Position numbers and translations under genes: made by a program. A DNA stretch of 46,729 nucleotides from an uncultured bacterium (GTDB taxonomy: Bacteria > CAYUVA01). The number at the start of each line of letters is the position of its first letter. The stretch's first letter is position 1. The stretch covers positions 1 to 46,729 of the forward strand of contig CAYUVA010000038.1 of the NCBI GenBank assembly GCA_964448115.1, written 5' to 3'. Positions 19,301-28,332 of the stretch are shown here, in pieces. The notes under the pieces were generated by a model. That model had not been told where the DNA came from, ran no database searches, and saw only the letters and a program-made list of their open reading frames with translations.

Positions 19301-22135
19301 GCTCCCCGGGTAGAACTCCATCCGGGTCAATGAATACCTGGAATTGCCCTGCAGAGGTATCGGTGTTACAGGATTGATGATCAGCGGCGATGTTCCCGTG
19401 CCTTGGTATATGATATCCCCTGAGCTGCCACACGGATAATTGTAGTTCATATCATATCTCAAATCCATCCTGACCAGCGTCGGCTTGCTGTGATCCCCGA
19501 TATCGCTCCAGTTATAACAGTCCCTATCTTGAGCATCCTCCCAGGAGAGTACCATAGAGGTAATCTGGGTCGTATATGGGCTTCTATTGCCGAACTGCAT
19601 GAGCACGGTATCGCCGTTTTCCCCGCAGACGCTCTCGGCGTGAAGCAATGGATCGTGATAGATCGGGCAATCCTGGTTTACTGCGAAGGTGTGTTGACAA
19701 CCATCTCCGGGAGATGGATGTCTGCAACAACTGGTGAAGTTAAGAGGCTCCTCCGGGTCGCACTGATAGCCGTCTATCTGCGCGGAGTATTTGATCAGCA
19801 CCCGTACCTTCTCGTCAACATCATCGGAGAGCTGCATGTCCAGCCCGTTTACATCATCATTAGATCCGTCGGTGGTGATGTAGTTGCTTGCGCCATAGCG
19901 GGTCTCATCTATGAAGTAGGTGCCGCTGTCGAACAGCTCCCTGAGCTGTACCGTGAAGCTGTTATGGCTCTTGCGGGCACAAACCCTGGCATACATTATC
20001 TCGTCGTAAGCGCCGTTACCCATCGCATCATTCTGGAACAGGATGATGCCGAAATCCTCGCCGTTATTGAAGCCGCCAAGCTTCTCCTCGGCGTGAGGAT
20101 CGTAGGCGGCGATGACACACTCGCACTGCGAGCCGTTACCCATCGGGGTGCCATAAGCGAAGTTGTAATGATAGATGGTCGGCACTGCCCCGCAGGAATA
20201 ATCGACCGTGAATATGAACAAGGTGGTTGTCATGGGGGCGTCAAAGGTTATCCTTAGTCCAAAGGTCGCGCCGGGACCCAACTCCAATGCGTAGCCTAGC
20301 AGGCTGTCAAAATCCAAGGTCACTCCCGATGATACCAAGGGAATCCCGATGGGTGCACCGATGGTCTCGCAATCGCCGCCGCCTGCCATGAATTCTATAT
20401 TGGTTATATGGGGTTTGTTGGCTCCATCCCATCCATTGTCATCCTCGCAGCTATGATCATACCACTTGATCTGCATTACAAGGTTAGCCAGGGTCTGCAA
20501 GCCGATATTCTCGAACTCGAAATAGATGGTGTTGGCTCCGTCTTCAAGGTTACAGATGGCTGGAACCGCGGCATTCTTCACGAGCTGTAGTCCGCAAAGC
20601 GACCAGGGGGGCAGGGTCGGCGTTGGCGTCCTGGTCGGCGTGGCGCTGGGAGTATCGGTTGGCAGGGTGCCGGTCGGTGTATTGGTGAAGGTCGGCTGCG
20701 GAGTATTGGTCGGCGTCTCCGTATATACCGGAGTCGGACTTGGCGTCTTAGTAGGAGGGATTATCTCACCCCCGGTGCCTAAACCGATCACATTGACCAG
20801 TTTTACTGCTGAGTTGAGGGTGAGTTCTCGATAGTAATACTTAAGCTCGTTATTCTCCAAGACTCCATCGCGATTGGCATCGCTACGCTTCATGTTAGGT
20901 GGCAGATATGGAGCATAAAACTCGGTTATGACATTGATATCTATGCGTTCCAGGACATCATCGATGCTATCATCGCACCTGCCGTTGCCGTTTTTATCCA
21001 TGGTCTTATCCCAGTCGCCGCAGTCTATGCGCCCGTCTCCGTTGATATCATCATAGGGGAGCTCCCTGTATTTGGGATCATTCAAGTACTGATAGGCTAT
21101 ATTTCGCTTCTCAAGGAAGGTTTTTGCCTCGGCGCTGTTGGGATCTATGTTTGATGGCTCGTTGAAGCCTGCCTGGATATATTTTGCGATCTCGTCCTGG
21201 TTAAGCTTTCCATCCCCATCCTCATCTCCCCACAGGTCGAGCGGCTCGTCCTCTGGAAGATCCTCCACTCCAGCGGCTGGATCCGATGTATCATCGTTCT
21301 CGAAGTGCCCCCAATACTGGAACAATGGCAGCGGCAGATCCTTAAGCTGGTCGTGATCGTAAGGCTCCGGGCTGTCATTGGGGTAGCTATCGTCTGTTCC
21401 GCCCCAACCTTTGATATGATCCGCGACCAGGTTGACTTGCAGCACACCCTGTTCGATGCCGATATTGTTTACCCCGTCGAAGCCCCAGACCTCCTTGATC
21501 AGGAAGTAGTCCTTGGGATGCTCATTTATAGTAGCCGGTTTCCTTAATATGTATTCGCGGTAAAAATGCTCCCGGTCATGATAGTTCAAGATGCCATCAT
21601 TATTTGAGTCGAGTGAGAAGCGGATTGTCTCTGCGCCATAAGTAACTCCATCGGGCGGTATCTCGGTGCCCGGCGGGGCATTGTTATATTTCCAGTACCA
21701 GATATTCGGAGCGTAAAGCTTGTTGTAATCACCTGCGCCATAGGGAATGACACTCTGTGCCCCGATGTCCGGATTCAATGCACCCCTTCTATAGTCCGGT
21801 TTATCTACATCGAGATCCGCGTTGAACACGATCTGATAGGGACCGACATAGATTATCTTTGGTTGTCCCTCATTTACAGCCTGGGTGGCAGGATCATCCG
21901 GATAGACATTGAAGCCAGCCTCCTTTAGATCCTTAGTCAAGACATCCATGGCGGCCTGGGCGTTCTCGATGAGTACATTAAGTATATTGACCTCTGAGGT
22001 CTCTTCTTTCTTACCCCCCTTGTAGAGTGTAAAAAATCCGATTACCAGCAATGAAAACAGGGCTGCAACCACGACCAGCTCGAATAACGTAAAGCCTCCT
22101 TCCAATTTCGTTGCTTTACGCTTTTGAGGGTGCAT
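16382..22135 (-). CDS. Giant (1917 aa) PilW-like minor pilin with Ca-binding loops, Cys-rich domains, PT linkers and four ConA/DUF1080-like domains
   Basis: Class III signal ...LEGG|FTLFELVVV with E5. PilW-type helix NAQAAMDVLTKDLKEAGF. Four tandem (D/T)xF(E/D)...WxDY/I...GxIG...FDN domains. AAGGAG SD. Confidence 0.88.
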   Translation of the reverse strand: MHPQKRKATKLEGGFTLFELVVVAALFSLLVIGFFTLYKGGKKEETSEVNILNVLIENAQAAMDVLTKDLKEAGFNVYPDDPATQAVNEGQPKIIYVGPYQIVFNADLDVDKPDYRRGALNPDIGAQSVIPYGAGDYNKLYAPNIWYWKYNNAPPGTEIPPDGVTYGAETIRFSLDSNNDGILNYHDREHFYREYILRKPATINEHPKDYFLIKEVWGFDGVNNIGIEQGVLQVNLVADHIKGWGGTDDSYPNDSPEPYDHDQLKDLPLPLFQYWGHFENDDTSDPAAGVEDLPEDEPLDLWGDEDGDGKLNQDEIAKYIQAGFNEPSNIDPNSAEAKTFLEKRNIAYQYLNDPKYRELPYDDINGDGRIDCGDWDKTMDKNGNGRCDDSIDDVLERIDINVITEFYAPYLPPNMKRSDANRDGVLENNELKYYYRELTLNSAVKLVNVIGLGTGGEIIPPTKTPSPTPVYTETPTNTPQPTFTNTPTGTLPTDTPSATPTRTPTPTLPPWSLCGLQLVKNAAVPAICNLEDGANTIYFEFENIGLQTLANLVMQIKWYDHSCEDDNGWDGANKPHITNIEFMAGGGDCETIGAPIGIPLVSSGVTLDFDSLLGYALELGPGATFGLRITFDAPMTTTLFIFTVDYSCGAVPTIYHYNFAYGTPMGNGSQCECVIAAYDPHAEEKLGGFNNGEDFGIILFQNDAMGNGAYDEIMYARVCARKSHNSFTVQLRELFDSGTYFIDETRYGASNYITTDGSNDDVNGLDMQLSDDVDEKVRVLIKYSAQIDGYQCDPEEPLNFTSCCRHPSPGDGCQHTFAVNQDCPIYHDPLLHAESVCGENGDTVLMQFGNRSPYTTQITSMVLSWEDAQDRDCYNWSDIGDHSKPTLVRMDLRYDMNYNYPCGSSGDIIYQGTGTSPLIINPVTPIPLQGNSRYSLTRMEFYPGSVYGGDSMYCTRIDFRMYYSIPMTGESGSCPMYMVVPNPTWTPSPTWSVTPTRTPTATRTTVPTWTPTNTPEFTYSYTPTPTIEPTPTDVCLATTFEPPNDNVDGWGLEHLDKWQVRFRNPFTYVLEGNSNAGGTPRDSSTILVGSEDWENYSIETMFVLHEAHFNRHGMGVAVRARGFSDYFYPNIHNEDGIWYLRFGFVTGSGYHSLPEYRTQLSQALELDTIYILRVMVYGDVVQMELFDSAYNLIGYLHGLIEGYLNSTGNIGFRVFRSTVYFDNLLVHCYPMENTPTATATMTPEPTDTATPTNTPTTIPTNTQADTATPTLTPTNTPTPTMPVCFEDNFEDGDAAGWIEFSDEEWWVEFVGPYFEYIGNSNDMFGAVTFAGDPTWNDITIEAYASFADLDTSQYNYTGFAFKALGPNDFYMAQVLREGPKKYLRLVYYDGTFNEIGDRIDVTGAINGATGYFNQVIIDANRVTYNIFDINTTTLLAQLSATIPDASRQGSIGFYVKNGRSHFESVRVRCPDTPWETPTSTPTVTPTSTTTVAFTSTATPTQTPTPTDTSLPTNTATATPTPLPTLVICMTDDFDDGDADNWDPMPPATQWSVMSGKYVGDSGAGITALSLVGNSSWDDYTVQVDFSISQIYNEGTTGVQIVTRAVNFNNSYITGLIRISGVWYLTFGYLKDGNLFQEHNKQIAGSINTAYPYKLIVSAEGKAFSVRLIDISSGDLIDSESFTSPYPGLSLSGRVGLRDRNSAVDFDNFAVLTASTCADTPTPTPTAAQCFFDNFESGPPAAWDEEPDANWTVIDAGGNYVYQVDIPNGSARAWEGNEAWTDYRIECDFVIQQTSSGIGHFGPYFVFRRMGDDTFYMVQVDNRNGIDWRIRYAYWDPINVQPVETGFVPITALTLGQSYKIIIDVIATSIFVQIYRPPNELIVWHQFEDTSHLPTTGAIGLRAYKTRSWFDNYRVLCY

Positions 22136-22173
22136 CTTATGTAACTCCTTTATATAATAAAAAGGCTATCAAT

Positions 22174-22818
22174 CTATTCACGCTTTACCTCGACACCATT
22201 TCTGCCGACGATTATATGTCTTCTATTTGTTTTATTCCATTGTTCTTCAACATTCTCTTGATAATACTGATTCACCAGCCAAACCCCCTCATCGACTCTC
22301 TGGTAGCTGTATGTCCTTATCGGAGAGCCTTCCTCCTTCTGGAAGAAGATCTCATTACGCGAGTTGAAGATCCACTTATGATAAGTCTTATGGAAACCAT
22401 CATCTAAGAAATAGACTCCACCAGGAAGTTTTATAGGACCGCGATATATCTCGTTATCATCTATCTTGCTGTTGTTTAAGCGATCCTTATTAAAGTAAGG
22501 ATTTGTCGGATTGTAGTGCCTGAAGCTCCCATCGCCGACATATCCATCATCATCAACCAGGTAATACTCACCTGCATCGAGATTGAACTGCACGAACCAG
22601 TTGTTCCCCTCTGAGATCGCCTTGTTGCGCGCCAGTTGGAGGGTTGCGGCGATATTCTGGGCAGCATTATCGAGCTTGTAATTGGGGTAGGCGCGCATGA
22701 AGGTAAACGAGGTCGCTCCTATGATTATTCCTATGATGGAGACGGTAATTATCAGCTCAAGGAGGGAGTATCCCCCTCGATCAACGCTGAAACATCCTGT
22801 ATGGCATCGCTTTCTCAT
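22174..22818 (-). CDS. FimT/FimU/GspH-like minor pilin
   Basis: G|YSLLELIITVSIIGII followed by LDNAAQNIAATLQLARNKAI, the typical FimT helix. Confidence 0.85.
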   Translation of the reverse strand: MRKRCHTGCFSVDRGGYSLLELIITVSIIGIIIGATSFTFMRAYPNYKLDNAAQNIAATLQLARNKAISEGNNWFVQFNLDAGEYYLVDDDGYVGDGSFRHYNPTNPYFNKDRLNNSKIDDNEIYRGPIKLPGGVYFLDDGFHKTYHKWIFNSRNEIFFQKEEGSPIRTYSYQRVDEGVWLVNQYYQENVEEQWNKTNRRHIIVGRNGVEVKRE

Positions 22819-22820
22819 CG

Positions 22821-24980
22821 CTAGAACTTGTCGCCTCCCTTTCTCTCTCTGAAGCTGATCTCGGTGCCTCTAAGCATCAATACTGGGAAGTGCGGGGGCG
22901 GCCAGTAGGAGATGCTGGGGCTGTAGGAGTACTGTCTGAAACAGACCTGGTTGAAGCCAGGCTGGATGCCAAGATTATATACACCCGCATCTCCCACGCC
23001 TTGGGATATGATCGGTCCCTCGAAGTGTAGGCAATAGGATCCGTAGGTTATATATTCGGTGTTGAAGTCGGATGCTCCCAAGGTGCGTTGATCCATATCG
23101 ATGCGCACATACCTAGTGGCAAGCGGAGCTGTAGCACCTGGAGGGTTGTTGTATATGGTGTAACTATCACCGGTTACTCCCGGCGGGTCTTTTAATCCAT
23201 TGCCGTTATCATCAGACCAGTCCGCATCATAAATAATATCCCAATAGACATCGTCCAAGGCTCCCTCTGAGGTAGGCGGATGGCTTGTCCAAGGCTCCGG
23301 TGTCCCCTCTTCCACGAACCAACCCCCGCTCATGGCTAGCAAGGCTGCCTGGATGATCATTGTCTTTGGAGCGGCAAAATCGATGATGATATCTTTCTTA
23401 GCTACCAGGCCGATATGGATCGGGTTCTCGGTAGTAGGATCCCTGCGTCGGCTGGTAACTGAGCCTATTATTCTAAGATCGTTGCCTGCCACGATGGTAA
23501 GTCCGCTTCCTCCTTGAAGTAATCCCCTCACATAAGCATCCCCCTCGACATAGACCACACCGTTGAATCTTTCAGGCAGGGCGATCCCCTTGTAGGTCGG
23601 GTTAGTGGGGTCGGTGTAGAAATCGAACATATTTAAGTCTATAAACCTGTCGCTAAAGGGCGCACCCTCTGGTATGTAGATGCCTCGTCTTTTTGCTAGA
23701 TTTTTCTGAATCTTAAGCGCCTTGGTGCCGGGTAACTCTATGAGCTCGTAGCCCTCGTAAAGATGCGAGTAAAACTTGTTCCAGGGCGCCGCAGCAGGTG
23801 AAGGTCTAACCTCGCCATGAACGAATACAGGCTTGAAAAAGATTATATCGCCGCTATTGGGATCCCCCGGTAAGAGCAGATTATGCCCCGTATAGACCAA
23901 GCCGGTAATGCGCGCATAGCCTTTATAGTGAACAAACTCCTCGCAGAACCTGGCATACTTGAGCAGTGTATCCTTGAAGATGCGCGCTTCGATTGTCCTG
24001 CTCTCCCTGCCGGCGTATCCGGTCGCCACCACCCGGTAAACATCCTTCTCGAAGGCGCCCTCGTAGTCGTCCTCGGTAAGGCTGGCTGCCTTCACTCGGC
24101 TAAACACGGGGACGATAAGGGTATGTATATCGTTGGTACTGATTTGCTCATGAGTATTGGAAGCCGCGATATCGAAGGTGTGTGCCTGCGAGGGGTCGGT
24201 ATCAGGTTTTACTATAGTCCACTGTTCCAGTGGCACTGTAGCCGGATCAACATAGTTCTCCGCTGCCAGGAAGTAAACATCGTACTGTCCTGGATCGGTT
24301 ACATTCAGGTCGATGATAGCCGAGTAAACATTTAGGTATGGATTTATCTCTTGGGTGAAGGCAACCATATTGTATCCACTGGTGTTGGTAACCGTCTTCG
24401 AGGGCACATTGAAGGGATCCACCGTATTTATCCTCGGCGTTACCCGCATATAATTCCAGTCTCCACCGCTGGTTTCGATCCTGAAGGCGCACAGCAGGGT
24501 TACTACATATCTTTCTGGTATGATGCCGAACTTGTATCCGCCGATTACTACTATATCATCCTCAGGGTCGCTTGTTCCCTGGTCATCGTATCCCTGGTCG
24601 AACTTTATGAAGGAGTTGTCCTTGTTGGAAGCGATCTGAACGACTGGACTTATATATGCTGGATTTAGCGATCTATGGCTGGTTCCCCATCCGGGTATAT
24701 CCCTTCTATCAACCACTCCATCGCCGTTGTTATCCATTATCAGCCAATCTTCGAAGATGATGCGCTTGGCTTCGGCAAGCCCGGCTCTGGCAAAGTGCAT
24801 GGCTTGTATATAGTCCACATTGTTAGCTGCCAACGTGCTGTGGATCTGTCCCAGGTAGATTACCGAGATGCCGAGTCCCCACATCACCAGCACCATCAAG
24901 AATACCAGGATCATCATTGAACCTTTTCTGTTGCCCAACCTTCCGCTCTTATTAAGGTTACTGTTCTTTGAATACATCAT
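22821..24980 (-). CDS. Large PilX/GspK-like minor pilin with a C-terminal beta-rich domain
   Basis: RKG|SMMILVFLMVLV (no E5), QAMHFARAGLAEA, YRVVATGYAG...RTIEA. C-terminal GVVYVEGD..LTIVA..IGLVA..PPHFP. Confidence 0.82.
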   Translation of the reverse strand: MMYSKNSNLNKSGRLGNRKGSMMILVFLMVLVMWGLGISVIYLGQIHSTLAANNVDYIQAMHFARAGLAEAKRIIFEDWLIMDNNGDGVVDRRDIPGWGTSHRSLNPAYISPVVQIASNKDNSFIKFDQGYDDQGTSDPEDDIVVIGGYKFGIIPERYVVTLLCAFRIETSGGDWNYMRVTPRINTVDPFNVPSKTVTNTSGYNMVAFTQEINPYLNVYSAIIDLNVTDPGQYDVYFLAAENYVDPATVPLEQWTIVKPDTDPSQAHTFDIAASNTHEQISTNDIHTLIVPVFSRVKAASLTEDDYEGAFEKDVYRVVATGYAGRESRTIEARIFKDTLLKYARFCEEFVHYKGYARITGLVYTGHNLLLPGDPNSGDIIFFKPVFVHGEVRPSPAAAPWNKFYSHLYEGYELIELPGTKALKIQKNLAKRRGIYIPEGAPFSDRFIDLNMFDFYTDPTNPTYKGIALPERFNGVVYVEGDAYVRGLLQGGSGLTIVAGNDLRIIGSVTSRRRDPTTENPIHIGLVAKKDIIIDFAAPKTMIIQAALLAMSGGWFVEEGTPEPWTSHPPTSEGALDDVYWDIIYDADWSDDNGNGLKDPPGVTGDSYTIYNNPPGATAPLATRYVRIDMDQRTLGASDFNTEYITYGSYCLHFEGPIISQGVGDAGVYNLGIQPGFNQVCFRQYSYSPSISYWPPPHFPVLMLRGTEISFRERKGGDKF

Positions 24981-24990
24981 ATCACCTTTT

Positions 24991-25425
24991 TCAATACCTG
25001 GATATGATAGTTGAGGTTATAAGAGGACGCTGGGCATAGATCCAGGTCTCGTGCGGAGCGCCTACCATCCTAGCCTTCACGGTTACCTGAAGCATGTTGT
25101 AGTCGTCCTCGTAGTATGAATACTCCTTGGTTACAAGATATTGATATCCCTCGATCTCTATGGTCTTGGGTTGGTTCATGGATGGATTCTCTATAAGGGT
25201 ATCAATCACATCGAGCTTCCAGTTCAACACCGCATTTATCTCCTTGTCGAGGATATCAAATGCGATGGTCTGCTTGGTGGCAGCTCTTTTCACCATAGCC
25301 TGGGCGGTAACGAACAAGGGCAGCGCTGAGGTGAGACCTACAGTAAGGATGGCTAGGGACATCAATAGATCTAACATCGTGAAGCCTAACCTTTCTTTTA
25401 GCTTGACGATGCAGGCAAATATCAT
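24991..25425 (-). CDS. PilV/GspI-like minor pilin
   Basis: ERLG|FTMLDLLMSLAILTVGL and C-terminal LQVTVKA. The ATG at 25425 has a GGAG SD; the track start is 25455. Confidence 0.75.
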   Translation of the reverse strand: MIFACIVKLKERLGFTMLDLLMSLAILTVGLTSALPLFVTAQAMVKRAATKQTIAFDILDKEINAVLNWKLDVIDTLIENPSMNQPKTIEIEGYQYLVTKEYSYYEDDYNMLQVTVKARMVGAPHETWIYAQRPLITSTIISRY

Positions 25426-25474
25426 GTTTTCATCTCCCATTGATGGTATCGCCAATAGCCAACCCTCTATCTTT

Positions 25475-25502
25475 AATATAATACCTAGCCATAAAAAGTC
25501 AA
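25475..25502 (-). promoter_or_regulatory. Putative sigma70 promoter of the minor-pilin operon
   Basis: Minus strand TTGACT-16 bp-TATATT about 50 bp upstream of the PilV-like ATG. Confidence 0.5.
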
Positions 25503-25629
25503 TAGAAAATCAATACCTTAACAGCGATTCGCATAAACATTGTTTTTCATACAACGCAAAGGTAATATAGCACACAGGGATCGAAATGCATAGTTTTTTA
25601 AGGTTCTAAGCAGATGGCAAATACCGGGT

Positions 25630-26418
25630 TCAGATTATCTCCACATCGCTTGATTTGACCCACCCTCGATAACCAAGCTCCTTATTTTTGACCCGGTAAT
25701 ATTCACCCATCTTCTTTTCGATTATTACCTTGGAGCCTTCGCTTATCTGGAAGATCACCTCGTTGGCTTCACTCGGTCCAGAGTATAGATTTACCTGCTT
25801 TTCAATGGTTATCGCATGTTCGGTCAGAACCTCATTTTTTACCTTCAAGTACAGCGATATGGAAAAGATTAACAATATAAACGCCAGTGAAACAGCAATA
25901 TATTTCATTATGCTGCGAGCGGTATCTTTTCGGGTGAAGATATACATGATGGTCAATAGGCAAAGGGACAGATAGATGCCCAAGACGATGCTAGCGGTCT
26001 CGTTCAGGGAGAAAAACTGGTAGGCATTAGTAAGTATCATGGTGAGCAGGTTCTTATGCGCCTCATCTTCATTGCTGAAATGCAGGGTTCGGATAAGCTC
26101 CAGGTTATAGCGCACATCCTCATCGCGGGGGAGGAACTTTTTTGCTCTCTCAAGGTTGAGTATGGCTCTGCCGATATCGCCAAGGCGATAATACGCATTA
26201 CCCAGGTTGTAGTAGATCTCGCCGAACCTGTATCCATCTGCTATGAGCTGCCGGTAGGCATCGATCGCCTTTTGATAATCTCCTTGTCGATAATACCCAT
26301 TCGCCATCTCGAACCTATCCATAATCCCAGAGGCTGAGGCATGAATAAAAATACATGCAACGATCATGGTAGGGATTATGAACAGGATGGGCTGCCTTTT
26401 GATGGCTGGTAGCATCAT
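25630..26418 (-). CDS. batE: BatE-like TPR + SH3b protein
   Basis: YYNLGNAYYRLG..G.AILNLERA...P.DED...NL, two TM helices, SH3b-like LYSGPS...EG.KV...GWV. Last gene of the Bat run. Confidence 0.8.
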   Translation of the reverse strand: MMLPAIKRQPILFIIPTMIVACIFIHASASGIMDRFEMANGYYRQGDYQKAIDAYRQLIADGYRFGEIYYNLGNAYYRLGDIGRAILNLERAKKFLPRDEDVRYNLELIRTLHFSNEDEAHKNLLTMILTNAYQFFSLNETASIVLGIYLSLCLLTIMYIFTRKDTARSIMKYIAVSLAFILLIFSISLYLKVKNEVLTEHAITIEKQVNLYSGPSEANEVIFQISEGSKVIIEKKMGEYYRVKNKELGYRGWVKSSDVEII

Positions 26419-28325
26419 ATTTTTTTCTCCAGGTTAAGCCTGGATATGTGGGAAATGATTTTTTTTGTTCTTTTCAGGAACTCTTGTTTTTGTTCTATTT
26501 CGTCAATGCTGGCTGAGAACCTTCTGAAGTCTGCCTCCTCAAGGGTTTCTATTATCTCTTGTGCCAGCTTTTCTGGTGCATTGTTTTCGATCAAAACCTT
26601 TTTTAGATTCTCCATTGTCATGCCGGCTGCCTCGATGTTAAGCCTATCTCCAATGTAGCCGGTCAGCGCCCGGCTGCATGCGCCATAGAAGCCATTATCT
26701 GCCTCCTTTTTCAGCATCCTTCGTGCCTCGGCAAGCCGTTTGCGAAGCACTTTGGGTGCCATTGCGCGCCGGCGATAACCCTTATCGGCTGCCAGGCGAT
26801 CTTGTCTTTTTCTTATAAGCAAGCAAATAGGGATCAAGGGAACAGGCAGCATAAGCGCAACCAGGTAAAAAATACTCTGGTAGATGTAGCCGGTTCTTTG
26901 TCTTGCCTTGTTTATCTCGGTCTTGATGTATCGAATATCCTTGCCCAGCACCTTCAATGGCTTATTATCAGCAATGGTTATCTGGGGCATAGGGGGAGTT
27001 TCAATCATTTCTCCAGGCAGGACGGTTATCGAGATAGGGTTGCTGGAGGATACCATATAACGCTCCCTTGCGGGATCGAAGTAATGCAGCTTCATCGATG
27101 GTACCTGGCATGTCCCCTCTTGCTGCGGTATGATGATATACTCAAAAGCTACTCTGCCGGAGATGCCATCCAAGCCGATGTTTATATCCTCTTTCCTCTC
27201 TGGCTCATATATCCTGAATCCTTGCAGTGCAGGCAGCTTATATTGAGGGAGATTATTCAGGTTACCCCTACCTTTGATGGATACAGTCAGGGTTATCGGC
27301 ATTCCAGCTTTTGCCTCGTTTTTATCAACCTTGACATCTATGGAATATTCCCCCACCGCCCCTTGAAAGGCAACAGGTTTACCAGCCTCAGGCAGAGGGA
27401 GGACATCGATCTTGACCGCATCGGTCATAACTCTGCGCTGTTCTGGTGGTTGGCGCCGATTTCTCTTTCCAAAGCCGAACCAGGGATCATCAAACATTGG
27501 ATCATCGAAGAACCTATCCAACAAAGAATTAAATCCACCGATGACCAGATGGAATATAGTAGGCTCGATCTCCATGCTTCCGGGCACCTGTCTGCTTAAA
27601 AGGAAGCGAAGCTCCTGCACATAGTAATTAGTGCCATTGATTGTTTTATAGTATTTCCTTTCTGGCAATTGATGTCTCGAAAAACCAGAGAATGAAGGCA
27701 TCTCTAAATTCACATCCCTCAAACCCAGGTTTCTATCAGCTACCGTATAAAACAGGATCGAGTACCTAAATGGCTCATCCTGATATACCCTATTTTTGCT
27801 CACCTTCGCCTCGGCAAAGACGGGATCGCTCCTGGATGTTCGTGCTCTTTGTTCCCCATGCAGTTTTTGCCTTGATTGCCCTTGAGGTTGCTGCCTGGCT
27901 TGTCCTACCTGATAGACCTCGATAGTTATAGGCTCGGTGCTCAGCGTCTGCCCCTTGAAGCTCGCCCTGACCGAGCCGATGGTTATCTTTCCGGTCTTCA
28001 GGGGGAACATTGCTAATTTAATAGTTTTTGACGAGGAGGCTCTTCCGTTTATGAAATTGAAGCTGGTCGAGGGATACCTGCCCACCACCTGAAAGTCGCT
28101 GAGATCCGGCAACTGAGGATCTGGCAGGGACATGCTGTCAGATGATAGCTCTATGATAAACACGAGTTGCTCATTGAGCGATAATCTGGTCTTATCCACA
28201 TAAGCCCTCAGTGTATTCTCGGCTGCGACCTCTGCCGGGTATAGCATCGATAGGCAAGCCAGCGAGGCAATGAAAATGAGGCTAGCGATGGGTGAACGCC
28301 TGCATTTGGTGATACATTTGCTCAT
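26415..28325 (-). CDS. batD: BatD oxygen-tolerance family protein
   Basis: Signal peptide, VLPLP..KP..FQGAVG.Y, G.GNL, YFDP, KDIRYIK, C-terminal TM. Confidence 0.9.
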   Translation of the reverse strand: MSKCITKCRRSPIASLIFIASLACLSMLYPAEVAAENTLRAYVDKTRLSLNEQLVFIIELSSDSMSLPDPQLPDLSDFQVVGRYPSTSFNFINGRASSSKTIKLAMFPLKTGKITIGSVRASFKGQTLSTEPITIEVYQVGQARQQPQGQSRQKLHGEQRARTSRSDPVFAEAKVSKNRVYQDEPFRYSILFYTVADRNLGLRDVNLEMPSFSGFSRHQLPERKYYKTINGTNYYVQELRFLLSRQVPGSMEIEPTIFHLVIGGFNSLLDRFFDDPMFDDPWFGFGKRNRRQPPEQRRVMTDAVKIDVLPLPEAGKPVAFQGAVGEYSIDVKVDKNEAKAGMPITLTVSIKGRGNLNNLPQYKLPALQGFRIYEPERKEDINIGLDGISGRVAFEYIIIPQQEGTCQVPSMKLHYFDPARERYMVSSSNPISITVLPGEMIETPPMPQITIADNKPLKVLGKDIRYIKTEINKARQRTGYIYQSIFYLVALMLPVPLIPICLLIRKRQDRLAADKGYRRRAMAPKVLRKRLAEARRMLKKEADNGFYGACSRALTGYIGDRLNIEAAGMTMENLKKVLIENNAPEKLAQEIIETLEEADFRRFSASIDEIEQKQEFLKRTKKIISHISRLNLEKKI

Positions 28326-28332
28326 CTTTTGC

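Noticed and set aside
19490-20257. Long antisense ORFs (255 aa here, 265 aa at 26802-27599, and others)
   Set aside because: They lie opposite well-supported genes and show no recognisable motifs.
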